Below are positions 10,616-23,896 of a stretch of 64,000 nt of DNA, one piece after another (the first letter of the stretch is position 1; the number at the start of each line of letters is the position of its first letter). The stretch is from Saccostrea echinata (Eukaryota): positions 5,890,001 to 5,954,000 of the forward strand of contig NW_026889803.1 in the NCBI RefSeq assembly GCF_033153115.1. The letters run 5' to 3'. The notes under the pieces were generated by a model. That model saw nothing but the letters and a program-made list of their open reading frames with translations. It made no database searches and was not told where the DNA came from. The position numbers and the translations under genes were made by a program.

Positions 10616-11083
10616 GTATTTTTAATATGTGCACATTTTATGTGTGTGTTCATGAGATACTATCATAGGACGTCGGATTGCAGCTCTCCAACTTAATATA
10701 AACACGGATTGTTAAAGAAGTTCATAAAAAAACCTTTGGAAATCAAGGATGAAAAATTTGAAGTTGAAGAAGGGAAATTCAAGTGTTAATAAAAAATCAA
10801 GAAAAAAGATACCCGTTGATCATTTGACATATTCGAGAGCTGTCGCATGAAAAAAATAAACCGCTGTGTCAGGGTCAATAACTCTTCATCTATGGATGCA
10901 GTGCAGCTGAATTTTATTCTAGTTGAGCAAAGAACATAGCAAAGATGGTATGTCCTGCTAAAACGCTCTATTGTATCATTGCTGCGGTGTTTTTTCCTTT
11001 GATGTCCACTATGTTTTTATTTTTGATACACCATGACTAACTGTGCTCTAACAACCATGCTCTATCACGATAGAACACACCAG

Positions 11084-11180
11084 AGGCCTGTTCAACGAGC
11101 GAACGTTCGCTAGCGCTCGCCAAAATTCCTTATACCTCCAACAGAAATGTTCGCGAGCGCTCGCTCTGTTGAACAGGCCT
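11084..11180. mobile_element. 97-bp MITE with 3-bp CAG TSD (PIF/Harbinger-like)
   Basis: TIR AGGCCTGTTCAAC / GTTGAACAGGCCT; CAG at 11081-11083 and 11181-11183; the sister copy shows the empty site at ~12270-12285. Confidence 0.85.
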
Positions 11181-11242
11181 CAGGGTAATGATGCAACAAT
11201 TCCAATGACCCTTGACCTTACATTGATAAAGAAAAAGAATAT

Positions 11243-12386
11243 GTAATATATAGAGTACCTTTTAACGAGTGTATCTTCAGATATCAGACGAGGGGGCTTG
11301 TCCCCCGAGTCTGATATCTGAAGATGCACGAGTTAAAAGGTACTCTATATGTTTTGTATCATTGTTCTCAGGTATTGAGCTACCCATGATCTATCGATTT
11401 CACGTTAATAGTACGTAATTCAACTACATATTCTCATGCACTGAATTAGCTATGATCTATCAAAATTTCATCATACCATTTTATATAACCAATGAAAAAA
11501 GAGCACGTGATTCGAAAAGTATAGCGCGCTGTATTTCTTGAACTTTCTGCCTTGTCCATTCATATTCTGAACGCCATGGATGACGGTTGTGATTTTATGC
11601 TTTTGCAATTCTTATAGACACGGAAATTGGAATTATGAAGGAAAATTCCTAGTTAGGAAACAGGTTGAAGATTCTTTGGGAAGCATGACGTTTGATCTAC
11701 CGGAACTAAAAATTGAACCTATTATGGATTTCAATATAGGAGATATTATAGACATGATGGAGACTGAGTTGAGTGCGTTAATTTCACCATTCCTGAGGTC
11801 GACACGAAGACGAAAAATGAAAGGTTTGTACAAGTGTCTGATTATGAAATTCAGCGTTTGATAGACTCACAAAAAATATCCTAACACTCGTTACGTTCTT
11901 GAAAGCTAAGGAGTGGCGTGCGTCACGGGAAAATGTCCACTTTTGACCGAGATGAACAGCGATTCTCTAAATTACTGGATGCAGCGATTTGTGTTGGAAT
12001 TAAAAAACAAGGAATACTCGCTCCCTGTGTGTGGTTTGTTACGCTTCAGGTTTATGAGAGACGAAAACATTCATTTATGAAAATGTGCTTGTGTGAATTT
12101 CGTTTTGGATTAAAAAATTGACGTGCAAAATTTAGAATTTTTTATGTAGACCTATAGAAAGGTCACTATGTTTATATGTGCTTGTATTTTGCTTATAAAG
12201 TCAGCTACTTTGTTTATATTCTCTTTTTTTATCAATGTAAGGTCAAGGGTCATTGGAATTGTTGCATCATTACCCTGGCGTGTTCTATCTTGATAGAGCA
12301 TGGTTGTTAGAGCACAGTTAGTCATGGTGTATCAAAAATAAAAACACTGTGGACATCAAAGGAAAAACACCGCAGCAATGATACAA
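11243..12386 (+). mobile_element. Hairpin-ended non-autonomous element (Crypton-like, tentative), intact inner copy
   Basis: Starts with a palindrome at ~11247-11349 (ATATAGAGTACCTTTTAAC...GTTAAAAGGTACTCTATAT); TTGTATCATTG just after the hairpin is inverted relative to CAATGATACAA at the far end. Confidence 0.75.
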
Positions 12387-12497
12387 AAACAAAGTAGCTG
12401 ACTTTATGAGCAAAATACAAGCACATATAAACATAGTGAAGGTATATCTTTCCTTAGGTCTACACAAAAAATTCTAAATTTTGCACGTCAATTTTTT

Positions 12498-12882
12498 TAT
12501 ATTTACATTTGCTGTGTTTTTCTACTAAGCCAACTGTGAAATTGATTTGAAAGTCATTTTTGTGTATATACTCACTCGTGGAAATATAAACAGTAAAACT
12601 CGCGCTAAAGTGACGTCACAATGAGGCTACAGAGACGTTAATATATTAATAAAAATGTAACATATAGGGCAGCAAGAAATTCAAATATTGAGTATATAAT
12701 TGGTGCATTTAAACGTGTAAAATGTAAAAATAAGGAATGTTTTTAAGCATAGTGTGAATTATTGGTTTGTAAATCACACCGACTTGCACGTAGGCCTAGC
12801 GCGCTTCATGAAATATGCCTACGTGACGAGTCTGTGTGATTTACACACCAATAACTCACACAAAACTTAAAAACATTCCTTA
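12498..12882 (-). mobile_element. Second family of hairpin-ended element, nested in the outer copy
   Basis: Absent from the inner copy; palindrome 12731-12882 (TAAGGAATGTTTTTAAG...CTTAAAAACATTCCTTA); short inverted repeat TTTACATTT (~12502) / AAATGTAAA (~12720). Confidence 0.7.
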
Positions 12883-14020
12883 ATTAAATCCAAAACGAAA
12901 TTCACACAAGCACATTTTTATCAATGAATGTTTTCGTCTCTCATAAACTTGAACAAACCACACACAATGTAGTACAAGGAGCGAGGTGGATATTCCTTGT
13001 TTTCTAATTCCAACACAGATCGCTGCATCCAGTAATTTAGAGAATCCGCTGTTCATCTCGGTATAAGTGGACATTTTCCCGTGCCGCACTCCTTAGCTTG
13101 AACGTTACGAGGATATCTTTGAGAGTCTATCAAACGCTGAATTTCATAATCGGACACTTGTACAAACCTTTCATTTTTCGTCTTCGTGTCGACCTCAGGA
13201 CTGGTGAAATTAACGCCATCGTGTCTAAAATATCTCCTATATCGAAACCCATAATAGGTTCAATTTTTAGTTCCGGTAGATCAAACGTCATACTTCCCAA
13301 AGAATCTTCAACCTGCATCTGGTTTCCTAACTGATCTAAAGAATTTTCCTTCATAATTTCGGTTTCCATGTGAATAAGAATTGCGAAAGCATAAAATCAC
13401 AACCGTTATCCAGGCCATGGCGTTCAGAATATGAATGGACGAGGTAGAAAGTTCAAGAAACACAGCGCGCTATACTTTTCGAATCACGTGCTCTTTTTTC
13501 ATTGGTTATATAAAATGGTATGATGAAATTTTGATAGATCATGGCTAATTCAGTGCATTTGAATAGGTAGTTGATTAAGTGCTATTAACGTGAATGTGAT
13601 AGATCATGGGTAGCTCAATACCTGAGAACAATGATACAAAATATATAGAGTACCTTTTAACACGTGCATCTTCAGATATCAGACTCGGGGGACAAGCCCC
13701 CTCGTCTGATATCTGAAGATACACTCGTTAAAAGGTACTCTATATATTACTTACAATAGGTGTGGTATTTTAAGACATTTATCTGTGGAATTCATGTCAA
13801 GACCTTGATTTCTCTTAGCGGTGAATCGAATATTTGCAGAGTTCCGTAAGCACATTTCGTATTTTGGAATACATGTGCACTGTAATTTATGTGAAAGACC
13901 TTTATTTCATTGACAGAAATTTTGTCTTTATATATAACAAAGCCCATTTAATTCTGTTATTCAGATTTAATATACATGTAATTTAAAATGTTGAAATCGC
14001 CTTAGTGTTCAATAATTTAT

Positions 14021-17000
14021 TGACACGGCACAGTTTTTGCTGGCTCCGCCCATCGGTGTATCTGTATAATAAGCGTTACTCATTGTATAACTACTTATTC
14101 ATGCTAATTACATCGTTCTCAACTAGATTCCGTGATTAATTTGTCAATGTTTTGTTTAAATTATATGTTCTCATGTCTATAAATCGCTTTCTACCTAGAG
14201 CTCTATCAATAAAGATCTATTTGTGTTAAATCGGACTTTGTTTCCCTTTTTCCAATTAGATATTCCTGTAGAAGCCGATTGGCATTTGCAGCACTCCCAG
14301 AGTTAATTCCCCGAATTCACCATTCAGTATCACGAAGGAATTTATTCCAGTGTGACAAATTTAATGTGTGAAAAGTGGTGGAGAATCCGGGTAGAATTCA
14401 AAGATCCCGGACCTCATGAGTACCAGTAAGTACCTCACTTACAATCTTCGCTCAGCTAGTACTGAGAGTGAAAATCAAACTGAAAACCTCAGTGATACAA
14501 TCATGGCTACAGCTACGACAACCTCAGCAACAAACACCACAGTCACTTCAAGTTCTGGATTAAGTTCAATTTCCAGTACAACAAGAAGAACAACTACCTC
14601 AAGCATTGCATCCATCAGGACTTCCACTGTGAGTGCCTCAGCCCCAATTCCAAGTATTGTGTCATCAACCCCTACTCCTCAAATAAACATGGCACAAACA
14701 TTCATAAAAGGCCCTGAGTCCTCCCAGTTGCCAAAATTTTCTGGACGCAGAGGAAATATAACTGCATCACAATGGTGGATGTTATTTATCCAGTGTGTAC
14801 TTTGCACTCCTTCTCTGAAAATCAAATTCTCAGCCGAATCGTGTTCCATTTAACAGACATCGCACAACAGTGGTTTTTAGCCTTACCTCAGAACTCCAAA
14901 GCCACTCTCCGTCTTCTAAAAACGGCATTTTTGTCAAGATTTGGGAAACAGAATGCCTATAGTTTAGACTTTTTTAAATGTTCAACAGCTTATTGATGAG
15001 TCTGCTGAAGAATATATATCAAGGATTCAGCAATGGCTTGTGATTGAGATTCCTCAACAGCTATTAGTTAATCTTATAGCCAAAGGATTAAAGCCGGACT
15101 TATCAAAAAAAGTTCTAGATAAAGATCCCACAAGTTTTGATGAACTCTTTCCAAGCGTGCTGAATCAACAATTCAGATGAGAAAGTCGGACTCAACAGTT
15201 CTCGCATCAACAGAAGGTATGGAAGACCGCTTACTATCAAAACTCTCAAAACAGATAGAATCCACTGTGTTAGCATTCAAAGGAGAAAATGAACTAAAGG
15301 ACAGAAATCCAGAGCCCCCTTCAACATGGTCTAGAGACAAAGAGTATCGAAAAAACAAACAGTTTAATCCTCGTTCGGATAGTTACAACCATGTGAATAA
15401 TGGGACTTAAAATCATGGACAATCCAATGCATACAAACAATACAGACCGTTTACTCCGCGTGGTAACACTAGGCCAATGCGACCCCAGTTCCAGCCCCAA
15501 GGAGCCCCAAGGCAGCAGTACAGACAAGACGCACCCGAGTTTAGAGGACAGTCAGGCCCTCGTAAGTGTTTTAAATGTGGTTTAAACTGTTTTTATAGAG
15601 TTTGTTTTGCAATGGGTCATCAATGTAATATTTGTTCTGGTAAAAATCATTTTGACAATGTCTGTTTTAACAATCCTGACAGTCAATTTTTTTTATGCTT
15701 TTTCAACTCAACAAAAGGGACTCATGCCTATTCCAGAGATGGATAGGCGCCTCGAAAATTGTAAAGTTGCTGAAATCAATTTAGCTACAAATATGACAAA
15801 AAACACTGTCCCAGTATTTATTAATGGTGCTAAAACAAATGCTCTTGTTGATACAGGTGCTTCAATTACAGTCATTAGTTCTACATTTTTGAACAAAACT
15901 TCTTATGCTAACAATGTGCTACAAAACCCAGATTTTCAGTTTGTAAATGGAGTAGGTGGACAATTAAAAGTGCTATGAAAAATTGAACTACCATTAAATT
16001 TCACTAAAGGTGCTACATTTAACTTTTCAGTTCATGTTGTGGACAGACTTCCACATTCTTTAATTGTGGGTATAGATTTTATGAAACAACACAAGGTTAC
16101 CATCAATTTGGCAAACGATACTTTATCTTTTTATGACAGTTCTGTTAATGTTTGTTTGTTGCAGTCCAATAGTGGCATTGTCAGAGTGGCAAAATCAACA
16201 AATTGCCACCAAATTCTGAAAACATTTTGTCTGTCAATGTGTCCCGAAGGTTTTCAAGTGAAGAAATGCTATTAGAACCTTTACCTGAAATTCAAAACTT
16301 GCATATTTCAGGTGCTAAATGCTTAGTCAAAATTAAGAATGGACATTCCGTCTTAAAGGTGCTAAATCCAACTACTCAAACCGTTCATTTACCAAATGAT
16401 AAGATTCTTGCTAGTGCATCAGAATTTGACCAAAATGCTGTATTCAACTTTGATGACACACCATCTTCATCAACATGCAACATTGGACCTATTCATGTGG
16501 TTCAAACACAACAGCATTCTCATTCAAATTTTACACAGCAATCACCTGACATCTCTTTTGATCTCAGCAAATCTGATCTAAATGCACAGCAAAAACAAAC
16601 ACTGACACAATTTTTGCACAAATCAGAGATATTTTTGCAACAGGGTACCATGAACTTGGCATATGCAACACCTACATGCACAAAATTGAGACACAGCCCA
16701 ATGCCAAACCTGTCAAAATGCCTTTTTACCGCACAACACCTGCAAATCACAAAGATATAAATAGACAAGTTAAAGACTGGTTAAAAATGACATCATTCAA
16801 GAATCAAATAGTGATTGGCACTCCCCATGTCTACTTGTTAAGAAAGCTTCAGGTGAATTCCAACTTGTTACAGATTTTAGGCGTCTCAAGAAAATTACAA
16901 AACCAATGTCCTTCCCTTTACCTCGTTTAGAGTGTGTCTTTGATACCATTGGTCAAAGTAGAGCCCAGTTTTTCACAAGTCTTGATCACCACAGCGCTTT

Positions 17001-19285
17001 CCTTCAAATAGGTATGCATCCAGATTCTCGTCATAAAGCTCCTTTTATTACTCAGAATGGCATCTATGAATACAAGCGAATGCCATCATTTGACCCATTT
17101 AGAGCAGGTCTTTACTCATTTACGCCAAGCAAATTTGAAGCTGAAACCTAGTAAATGTGACTTTGCTGCTAAAGAAATCAAATACCTTGGTCACATTATT
17201 TCAAAACATGGTATCAGAACAAATCCAGAAAAAACACAAGTAGTCAGAACTTTTCCAGTACCCAAAAAGCAAAAAGATGTGTACGATCCTTTCTTGGCCT
17301 CTGCAACTATTACCGCCAATTTGGCAAAGACTATTCAAAAATTACTTCTCCTCTCAATAACCTACTCAGAAAAGATGTTCCATTTCAATGGACAGCAGAT
17401 TGTCAAGGATCCTTTGATTCCCTCAAACAATCTTTGGTCTCTTCTCCTATCTTAGCTTATCCAAATCTCAACAAAAATTTCATACTGACTTGTGATGCCT
17501 CTTCCTCTGCTATTGGTTATGTTCTTGGTCAGTTGGACGACAAAAATAAGGAACATGTTATTGCCTATGGTGGTAGGAGTCTTTCTGAGGCAGAAAGAAA
17601 ATGGTCCACTTCTGAACAAGGAATGCTTGCTGTACTTGAAGGTAAAAGATCTTACCGCATCTATCTGTCTGATAAGAAATTCACAATCTACACAGACCAC
17701 AAAGCCTTGAAGTATGTCATGGACCAAAAACGATCCACAGGACGCCTAGCACGTTGGGCTATGGAATTCCAAGGATATCAATTTGATATCATGCATAGGC
17801 CTGGCAAAAACAACGAAGTTGCGGACGCATTGAGCAGAAGAGAGTACAACACCCATATAGACAAGACAGAGGAAAACAATGTATGTTCTGTAACACCAGC
17901 TGAATCAACTTTTTCCTCTCAAATCTTTCCTCAAAAAGAGACTACTGTCATTACATCTGAAACATCACCCTCTGACTTACATTGTTTAAGCAGTCCTTCT
18001 GAGCTGACACTGGTTAGTCTTTTCAATGTAGACTCCCCTGACATTTGTAGTATAGAATCAGATATTGAAGTTGGCAACTTTCAACATCCAGATCTTTCAA
18101 CTCTCTCAAATCTGTCAAGTCTCCAACAGAAATGTCCTGATTTCAGGGATATTTATGCTTACTTAAAAGATGGTACCTTACCAGATGATGAAAAAAACTC
18201 AAATCAAGGTCATACAGACTTCCAAGTACTTCGACCTCTGCAATGATGTGGTTTCAAAGACGAGTAAAATCTACCTCACCAATGAACAACAAATGGATTC
18301 AACAAGTAGCCCTGCCAAGAATATTAAGATTAGATGCCCTCAAAGCCTATCACGATAACAGTGCAGGAGGAGCCCACCTTGGTATTGAGAAAGTCATGGC
18401 CGCCATGAAATCCAAATACCACTGTCCTCGTATGCACCAGGACATCTATGATTATATCCACTCTTGTGATACCTGTCAACGCATCAAAAGGGACACTCAT
18501 GCTCGAAACCCTCCTTTAACACCTCTTCCTATCGTTGGTCGTTTTGAGAGATGGCACATGGACTTCCTGAAGTTACACAAGACTAAAGAAGGTTACCAAT
18601 ATGTCTTGCTTGTTGTCGATTCCTTTTCCAAATGGGTAGAAGCATTTCCAATGAAAACTCAAGAGAGCACTGATGTGGCTAGGTGTCTTTTTGAGAACAT
18701 TTTCTCTCGTTTTAGCTGCCCAAAATATCTTGTCTCTGATCGTGGGAAATCTTTCATGAACAATCTCATATCATCTCTACGTGATATCTTTGAAATCAAA
18801 CATTTTCTCACTTCTAGCTATCATCCCAAAACAAACAGCCAGGTTGAGAGAACCAACAGCACACTCATTCAGTGTTTTCGAGCTTATTCAGACAAAAACC
18901 AAAGCAACTAGCCATCCAAACTTCCTGGTATTTTAATGGCCTTGAGAAATTCTCCATCAACACAGTCAACTGGTTATTCTCCCTACTACATGGCATTTGG
19001 AGTTGAAATGAATTTACCCTTTGATGTCAATGCTATCCCCAAAGACAAACCCCTAGGAAACAATGCAAATTCTCAGATGCAAGATTTAATTCAAAACATC
19101 AAAATTACTCAACAAATTGCCTCTGAAAACATAAAAAAGAGCCAAGAGAAATCTAAAGAGAGATTTGATCAACATTCGAAAATTCCTGATTTTAAACTCT
19201 TTGACAAAGTGTTACTCAAGGTTCACAAAGTTCCAGTAGGACTGTCTCCAAAGCTCACTGAGAAGTACCAAGGCCCATTTATTAC
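14021..19285 (+). mobile_element. Decayed Ty3/Gypsy retrotransposon, 3'-truncated (no 3' LTR)
   Basis: LTR-like region ~14021-14373 with TATA-like box and AATAAA; PBS at 14376; gag with Cys/His knuckles (~15560-15665); protease ALVDTGAS; RT and RNase H (LTCDASS, YTDHKAL, ADALSR); integrase (YHD...AH, CDTCQ, WHMDF, VSDRG, QVERTN) ending at KYQGPF; many stops and frameshifts. Confidence 0.92.
14376..14391 (+). promoter_or_regulatory. Primer-binding site, tRNA-Ala-like
   Basis: TGGTGGAGAATCCGGG resembles the complement of a eukaryotic tRNA-Ala 3' end (TGGTGGAGAATGCGGG). Confidence 0.7.
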
Positions 19286-22200
19286 TATCATTTTCAAAAT
19301 TATTTCATAATTTAACGACAATTATATGTTTCAAGAATGTAATAGCGTTTCATTTTAAAGAAATTTAAATACGTGATAAAAACCCTTTAAAGATATCGAT
19401 TTTCGCTGTTTAGACAGTTGGCCCCGTTCCTCTTCTGTCATACTTTTTAAGTTTGGAAGGTATCTGTTTCAAACTTCAAACACTTGTTCATGGCCCCTAA
19501 TGTAAAATTAGCTGTTCCCAATAATAAAATAATATCATTAACCTGACATTTATATAGATAGGAAATTGCATTGATCACAATGTAATTTATTTGCTGGAGC
19601 ACTCAACAAACTTTATTTTTGGGACCTTCGCATCCATTCCCATTTTTCGGAGGACTTGCTAATTTTAATAATTCTGAATCAAGGATTTTCGGAACATTGT
19701 TGTAACCAGGCTTGGAGTAGGGTGTCATACCGGATGAATGCTGTTACCAAGGCGTAGAATATGGTAAGCATATAAAAGTAGTATAAAATATTCATAAATT
19801 GAAACTAAGGTTGGTTTTGAAAATGGTATGAGAATATGTGGCTGTTGGTTGGATATCTTTGGTAAATAATGTGTTTTAAGAAATAAAATTGGATATGACC
19901 GAGATATTTGTATATAATCTGAATAGCGGTTAGCACGCTTCCTCTGAGAATATAGCAAAATTCTTTGTCGGACATGACGATATTGGAGTACCGTAGAGTT
20001 TATGTCCAATGAGATCAGACAAGAATTCGAAGCAGAAATAATGAATTGTACATTATTTAATAAATGACAAAGCCAGTAACATTGGAGTTCCTCCCATGAA
20101 CATGAACACACATTTTTTTAATCAATTGATGCCATTAGAGCATGTTCAATAAATTTATCAAGTTTTAATTTCCTTTGGGTTGAAATACAAAAAAAAAATG
20201 CAATTTTTGGAATTCAACTTCGGTGGCGAAAGGAAGTACTGACGACGCAAAAAAAAGTTATGTTAGACATCTATCTGTCATGCTCTATGATCTCGGGCAT
20301 TATGTTGTTACTATCGTTTGGTTGCTAGCATATAAAGATCTCACAGTATTATGAATTTGGAGAAGAGTTAAACTAACTGGATCAAAAGCAAAACTCCCTT
20401 TACCTCCTGTTTTCCAGTAAACGAAAGCTATAGACCATATATGTTCTAGCTGAAAGTGGGGATCAGACATGAGTCCGGTTACTTTAAAAAAAAATCAATT
20501 GATTAAATTACAGTTACATTGGTCTTTATAATTTTGTAATCGATTAAATTAATGATACACGATTTTTAAAATGTAATAAATTAAATTTATAATTACATAA
20601 AAGTAACCATGATTGTATATGATTACAATTAGGCTGGCTGAAATTAATTCTATGTTTAACGTCACCTGAAAACTTCAAAACCTGCGAGAGAGGGAGAAAA
20701 GATTAAACAAAAATTTCAAACAAATCAATATTTACCCATGAATAAAAATACTGTTAACATCCGTGCATCATGTAGGCTTATTACATGTTTAATTTTTAAT
20801 AATAATTTAATAATTTTTAGTAAATCTGTCAGTATAAATGATGGACTCATCTTAAATATACCTCTTAAAGGACCCATATGTTGTCTATTCATATTAAATG
20901 CATCTTTAGTTGCTAAAATCAAAGCAAACCGGAATACAAACTTAGGAAAATACCGATCTGTTTTTTGTTTTTTTTCTTCGGAATTGCAAATTTCTCCGAA
21001 ATCTACTCTCGCGGGTAACGTTAAACATAAAACTATCTTTGGACAGCCTTAATTATATTACTTTTGATAAATTTCTGTACATAATCAGAAAAGTTTTAAG
21101 GTTAAAACAATTTTATTGTATGATTGAATAATTCATTTCTCTCTGATTAATTGAGATCCAACAATGTAGAAAAATAGCACGTTAAATTCACCTGCACGTG
21201 ACCTTCCAGGTGAATATAAGGATTTATTTTTCTCCACATTAGACTAAAAATAGATTGGGAAATTCCAAATTGATACAAATAGTTTTGGAAAGTTGTTTCA
21301 CTTGCACCTGAGTTCACTCATATGAAGATAACAATAAGGCACATTGATTCTTGGGTGAGGGGGAAGTTGCGGGAGGCCTGTCCCTCTCCCCACCTTTTGA
21401 TAATGTAAAGATTTAATTTAAAGATATCCGCTCCTCAGCGAGGAATGATAACTCTTAAAATTATCATTTAATTAAAGGAGTCTCAACATAAAGCTTGAAA
21501 TTTTCATTTCATGCATCTCAATAAGAATCAAAGTTCTTTGAAGTCTTAGAAATGGTCTTGTAAAAAGTTGACATTTGTACCTCATAAAATACCTTTTTAG
21601 AAAAATTGACTTTTCCTAATCTAGCCTTAGAAACCAATGTTTATTAGCATGATAGTTACTCATGATATGAAATTAGAAGTGACCTGTGATGTCTTGCAAT
21701 GATAGCTGAAGTTTTTTACACTATATATTGTATTACAATTGAAGTCAATAGAAGAACTAATGTAGTGTATCTATACTTATAAATTAATAAATTTTGCAAA
21801 TAAACTCCGAAACGGGTGCACCAGAGTTCTTACTTACTCCTCTAACAATACACTAGATACAAGCTGATGTCCGTAAACTATATTTAGATTTCACTCGCAT
21901 AGTAAGTATCGTACATTAAATTAAAAGTCTACTTTCATTTTCTATAAACAGCCATGAAATAGCTAAAACGTGAGTAAGGTGGCGTTTCCGGTTGGCGGAT
22001 CTAAGTTACTGGCAATTTTTAATGAAACTGACAACAAGCAATCGTTTATTTATTACAGAAAACGTCATCACTGAATTATTCAATCAAAACTCGATTTAAA
22101 TTATATAAAAGAAATAAGCTGTGATAACCGATTAAAAAGGGAAATGTGCAAAATATTTTTGTCATTCACCGATCTTCATATTGACGGAAGCTTCTAGAAC

Positions 22201-22589
22201 ATCATATAGCATCGAGCCCGATGTTAAGAAAAAAACGAGGCGATTATAGCTACATGACCATAAAAAAGCTTTTGTGTAAATGGTCATAATTGAAATAATG
22301 GTAAATCACTGATAACACTCTAAGTTGTGAATATGATTATATGTCGAAAGACTATTACATATACATGTATGTAGTAGGTTTTCCTAATAAATCTATCGGT
22401 AAAATTTGTATATATTCCTTACTGAGAGCAATCGTGGCAACGAACCCGAAATACAATTTGTTCTTCGTAATAAACTTGCTTACATGAAAAGAGAAAATTA
22501 ATGAAAAAGGTATTGTTCAAATACAATTAAAGATGTAATATTTTCCGCTTTAATCAATGCACAGTTAATTTCTGAATACAATCTTTTAT

Positions 22590-22746
22590 AGCTGCAATAA
22601 TGTAGCCCTCTCCTTTTTTGAAAGGGGCGGGGGGCAGAGAGAGAGAGAGGCCAGAAAATATCAGATCCAAAAAAAAAAAATAAATAAAAAATAAAAAAAA
22701 TAATAATAAAAAAATAAAAATCGGAGAGAGCTACATTATTGCAGCT
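22590..22746. mobile_element. Small MITE-like inverted-repeat element
   Basis: AGCTGCAATAATGTAGCCCTCTCC pairs with GGAGAGAGCTACATTATTGCAGCT around low-complexity filler. Confidence 0.7.
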
Positions 22747-22802
22747 TAGTCTTTTGTATCAAATACTCAGCCTATTCATAGGGCGTTAAAAGCTAATTTT
22801 TA

Positions 22803-22929
22803 CACAGGTACTTGGTTCTTGGTTTATAAATATGTATGTACCTATTATTGATAGGTAAAAAAGTAAAATACATTTTTACATATCAATAAGGTACAAACAT
22901 ATTTATAAACCAAGACCCAAGTACCTGTG
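22803..22929. repeat. ~127-bp imperfect palindrome
   Basis: CACAGGTACTTGGTTCTTGGTTTATAAATATG pairs with CATATTTATAAACCAAGACCCAAGTACCTGTG. Confidence 0.85.
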
Positions 22930-23260
22930 AATTTTTAACCCCCCCCCCCCCCCCCCCAATCAATTTATTATAAAAATGTGCATATTCGTTGCTTTTATCC
23001 TTGACGGAAATGAAATAAGAGCATCTGAAGTACAATATCCATAACATGGTATAACAGGTTTCACAATAAACGTCAATTAATGATTTTCAAGTTTAAAAAA
23101 ATAATAATAAAATAAAACAAACACAAAAACGGAGGTTGGGGTGGATAGGTAAATCTACTTCCTGCGGGATTTGAGCAAAGTATTTGTTCCTGCTATAAGC
23201 CTGTAGGCTGTCAGTAGAGAACTACAATATATTTTCTGTCGGTAGTGGTATAAATTCAAT

Positions 23261-23290
23261 TCCCCGCGCTTGCGCGGGATTTCCTCTAGT
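23261..23290 (+). mobile_element. Helitron 3' terminus (5' end not located)
   Basis: GC-rich hairpin CCCGCGC-TT-GCGCGGG a few nt upstream of CTAG, followed by T. Confidence 0.7.
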
Positions 23291-23802
23291 AATTATATAT
23301 AAAAAAAAAAAAAAACATGCAATTTTCTCCAAATGCCTGGATACCTAAAATAAATATATTTTCTTGATCGATTTTTAATTAGAAAATTGACAATGGGTGC
23401 TTTTATTCGCATTTCCTGAAAATATTTTTGAGATTTGATAATTTCATCTATATAATATGATCAACTATAATGATGAACTTTGAAGAAATACCATAGGTAA
23501 ATACACATTATACTTTCAGAATTCAGAGACATTTTTGTGAACATTTTCAATTAATCAACTCCCGATTTTCCGAACCTGAGGATCGGACTACCTTGAATTT
23601 TAAGGATAAAAATTTTCAATGAAAACTCCCCCCTCCCCTCGTTTATGGACCCTAACATCCCACCAAATAAAATTTTTAGTTGGGGGAATTCTTTTCTTAT
23701 TTTTTGGCCGGGGTTGGGGGGGGGGAGGGGGCTAGTAAAAAATTTGTTTTCAGGTAAGTTGTCAATTTTTTTCCTTATAATGCACCCTTTTTCAAATTCA
23801 AT

Positions 23803-23804
<2 letters not shown>

Positions 23805-23893
<89 letters not shown>
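23805..23893. repeat. (TA)n microsatellite
   Basis: Uninterrupted TA run of ~89 bp. Confidence 0.99.

Positions 23894-23896
<3 letters not shown>

Larger units (their letters stand above)
10971..13750 (-). mobile_element. Hairpin-ended non-autonomous element (Crypton-like, tentative), outer copy, interrupted by three insertions
   Basis: Segments 10971-11242, 12387-12497 and 12883-13750 together equal the reverse complement of 11243-12386; terminal ~108-bp palindrome at ~13641-13750. Confidence 0.75.

Noticed and set aside
11580-11861. ORF in the hairpin element (mirrored at 13130-13369) as a recombinase
   Set aside because: Short, with no R-H-R-Y or DDE motif; its sharing between copies only reflects the duplication. 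It could be a decayed N-terminus, but I cannot support that.
19725-21052. 100-128 aa ORFs in AT-rich intergenic DNA
   Set aside because: No recognisable motifs or splice-consistent partner exons.
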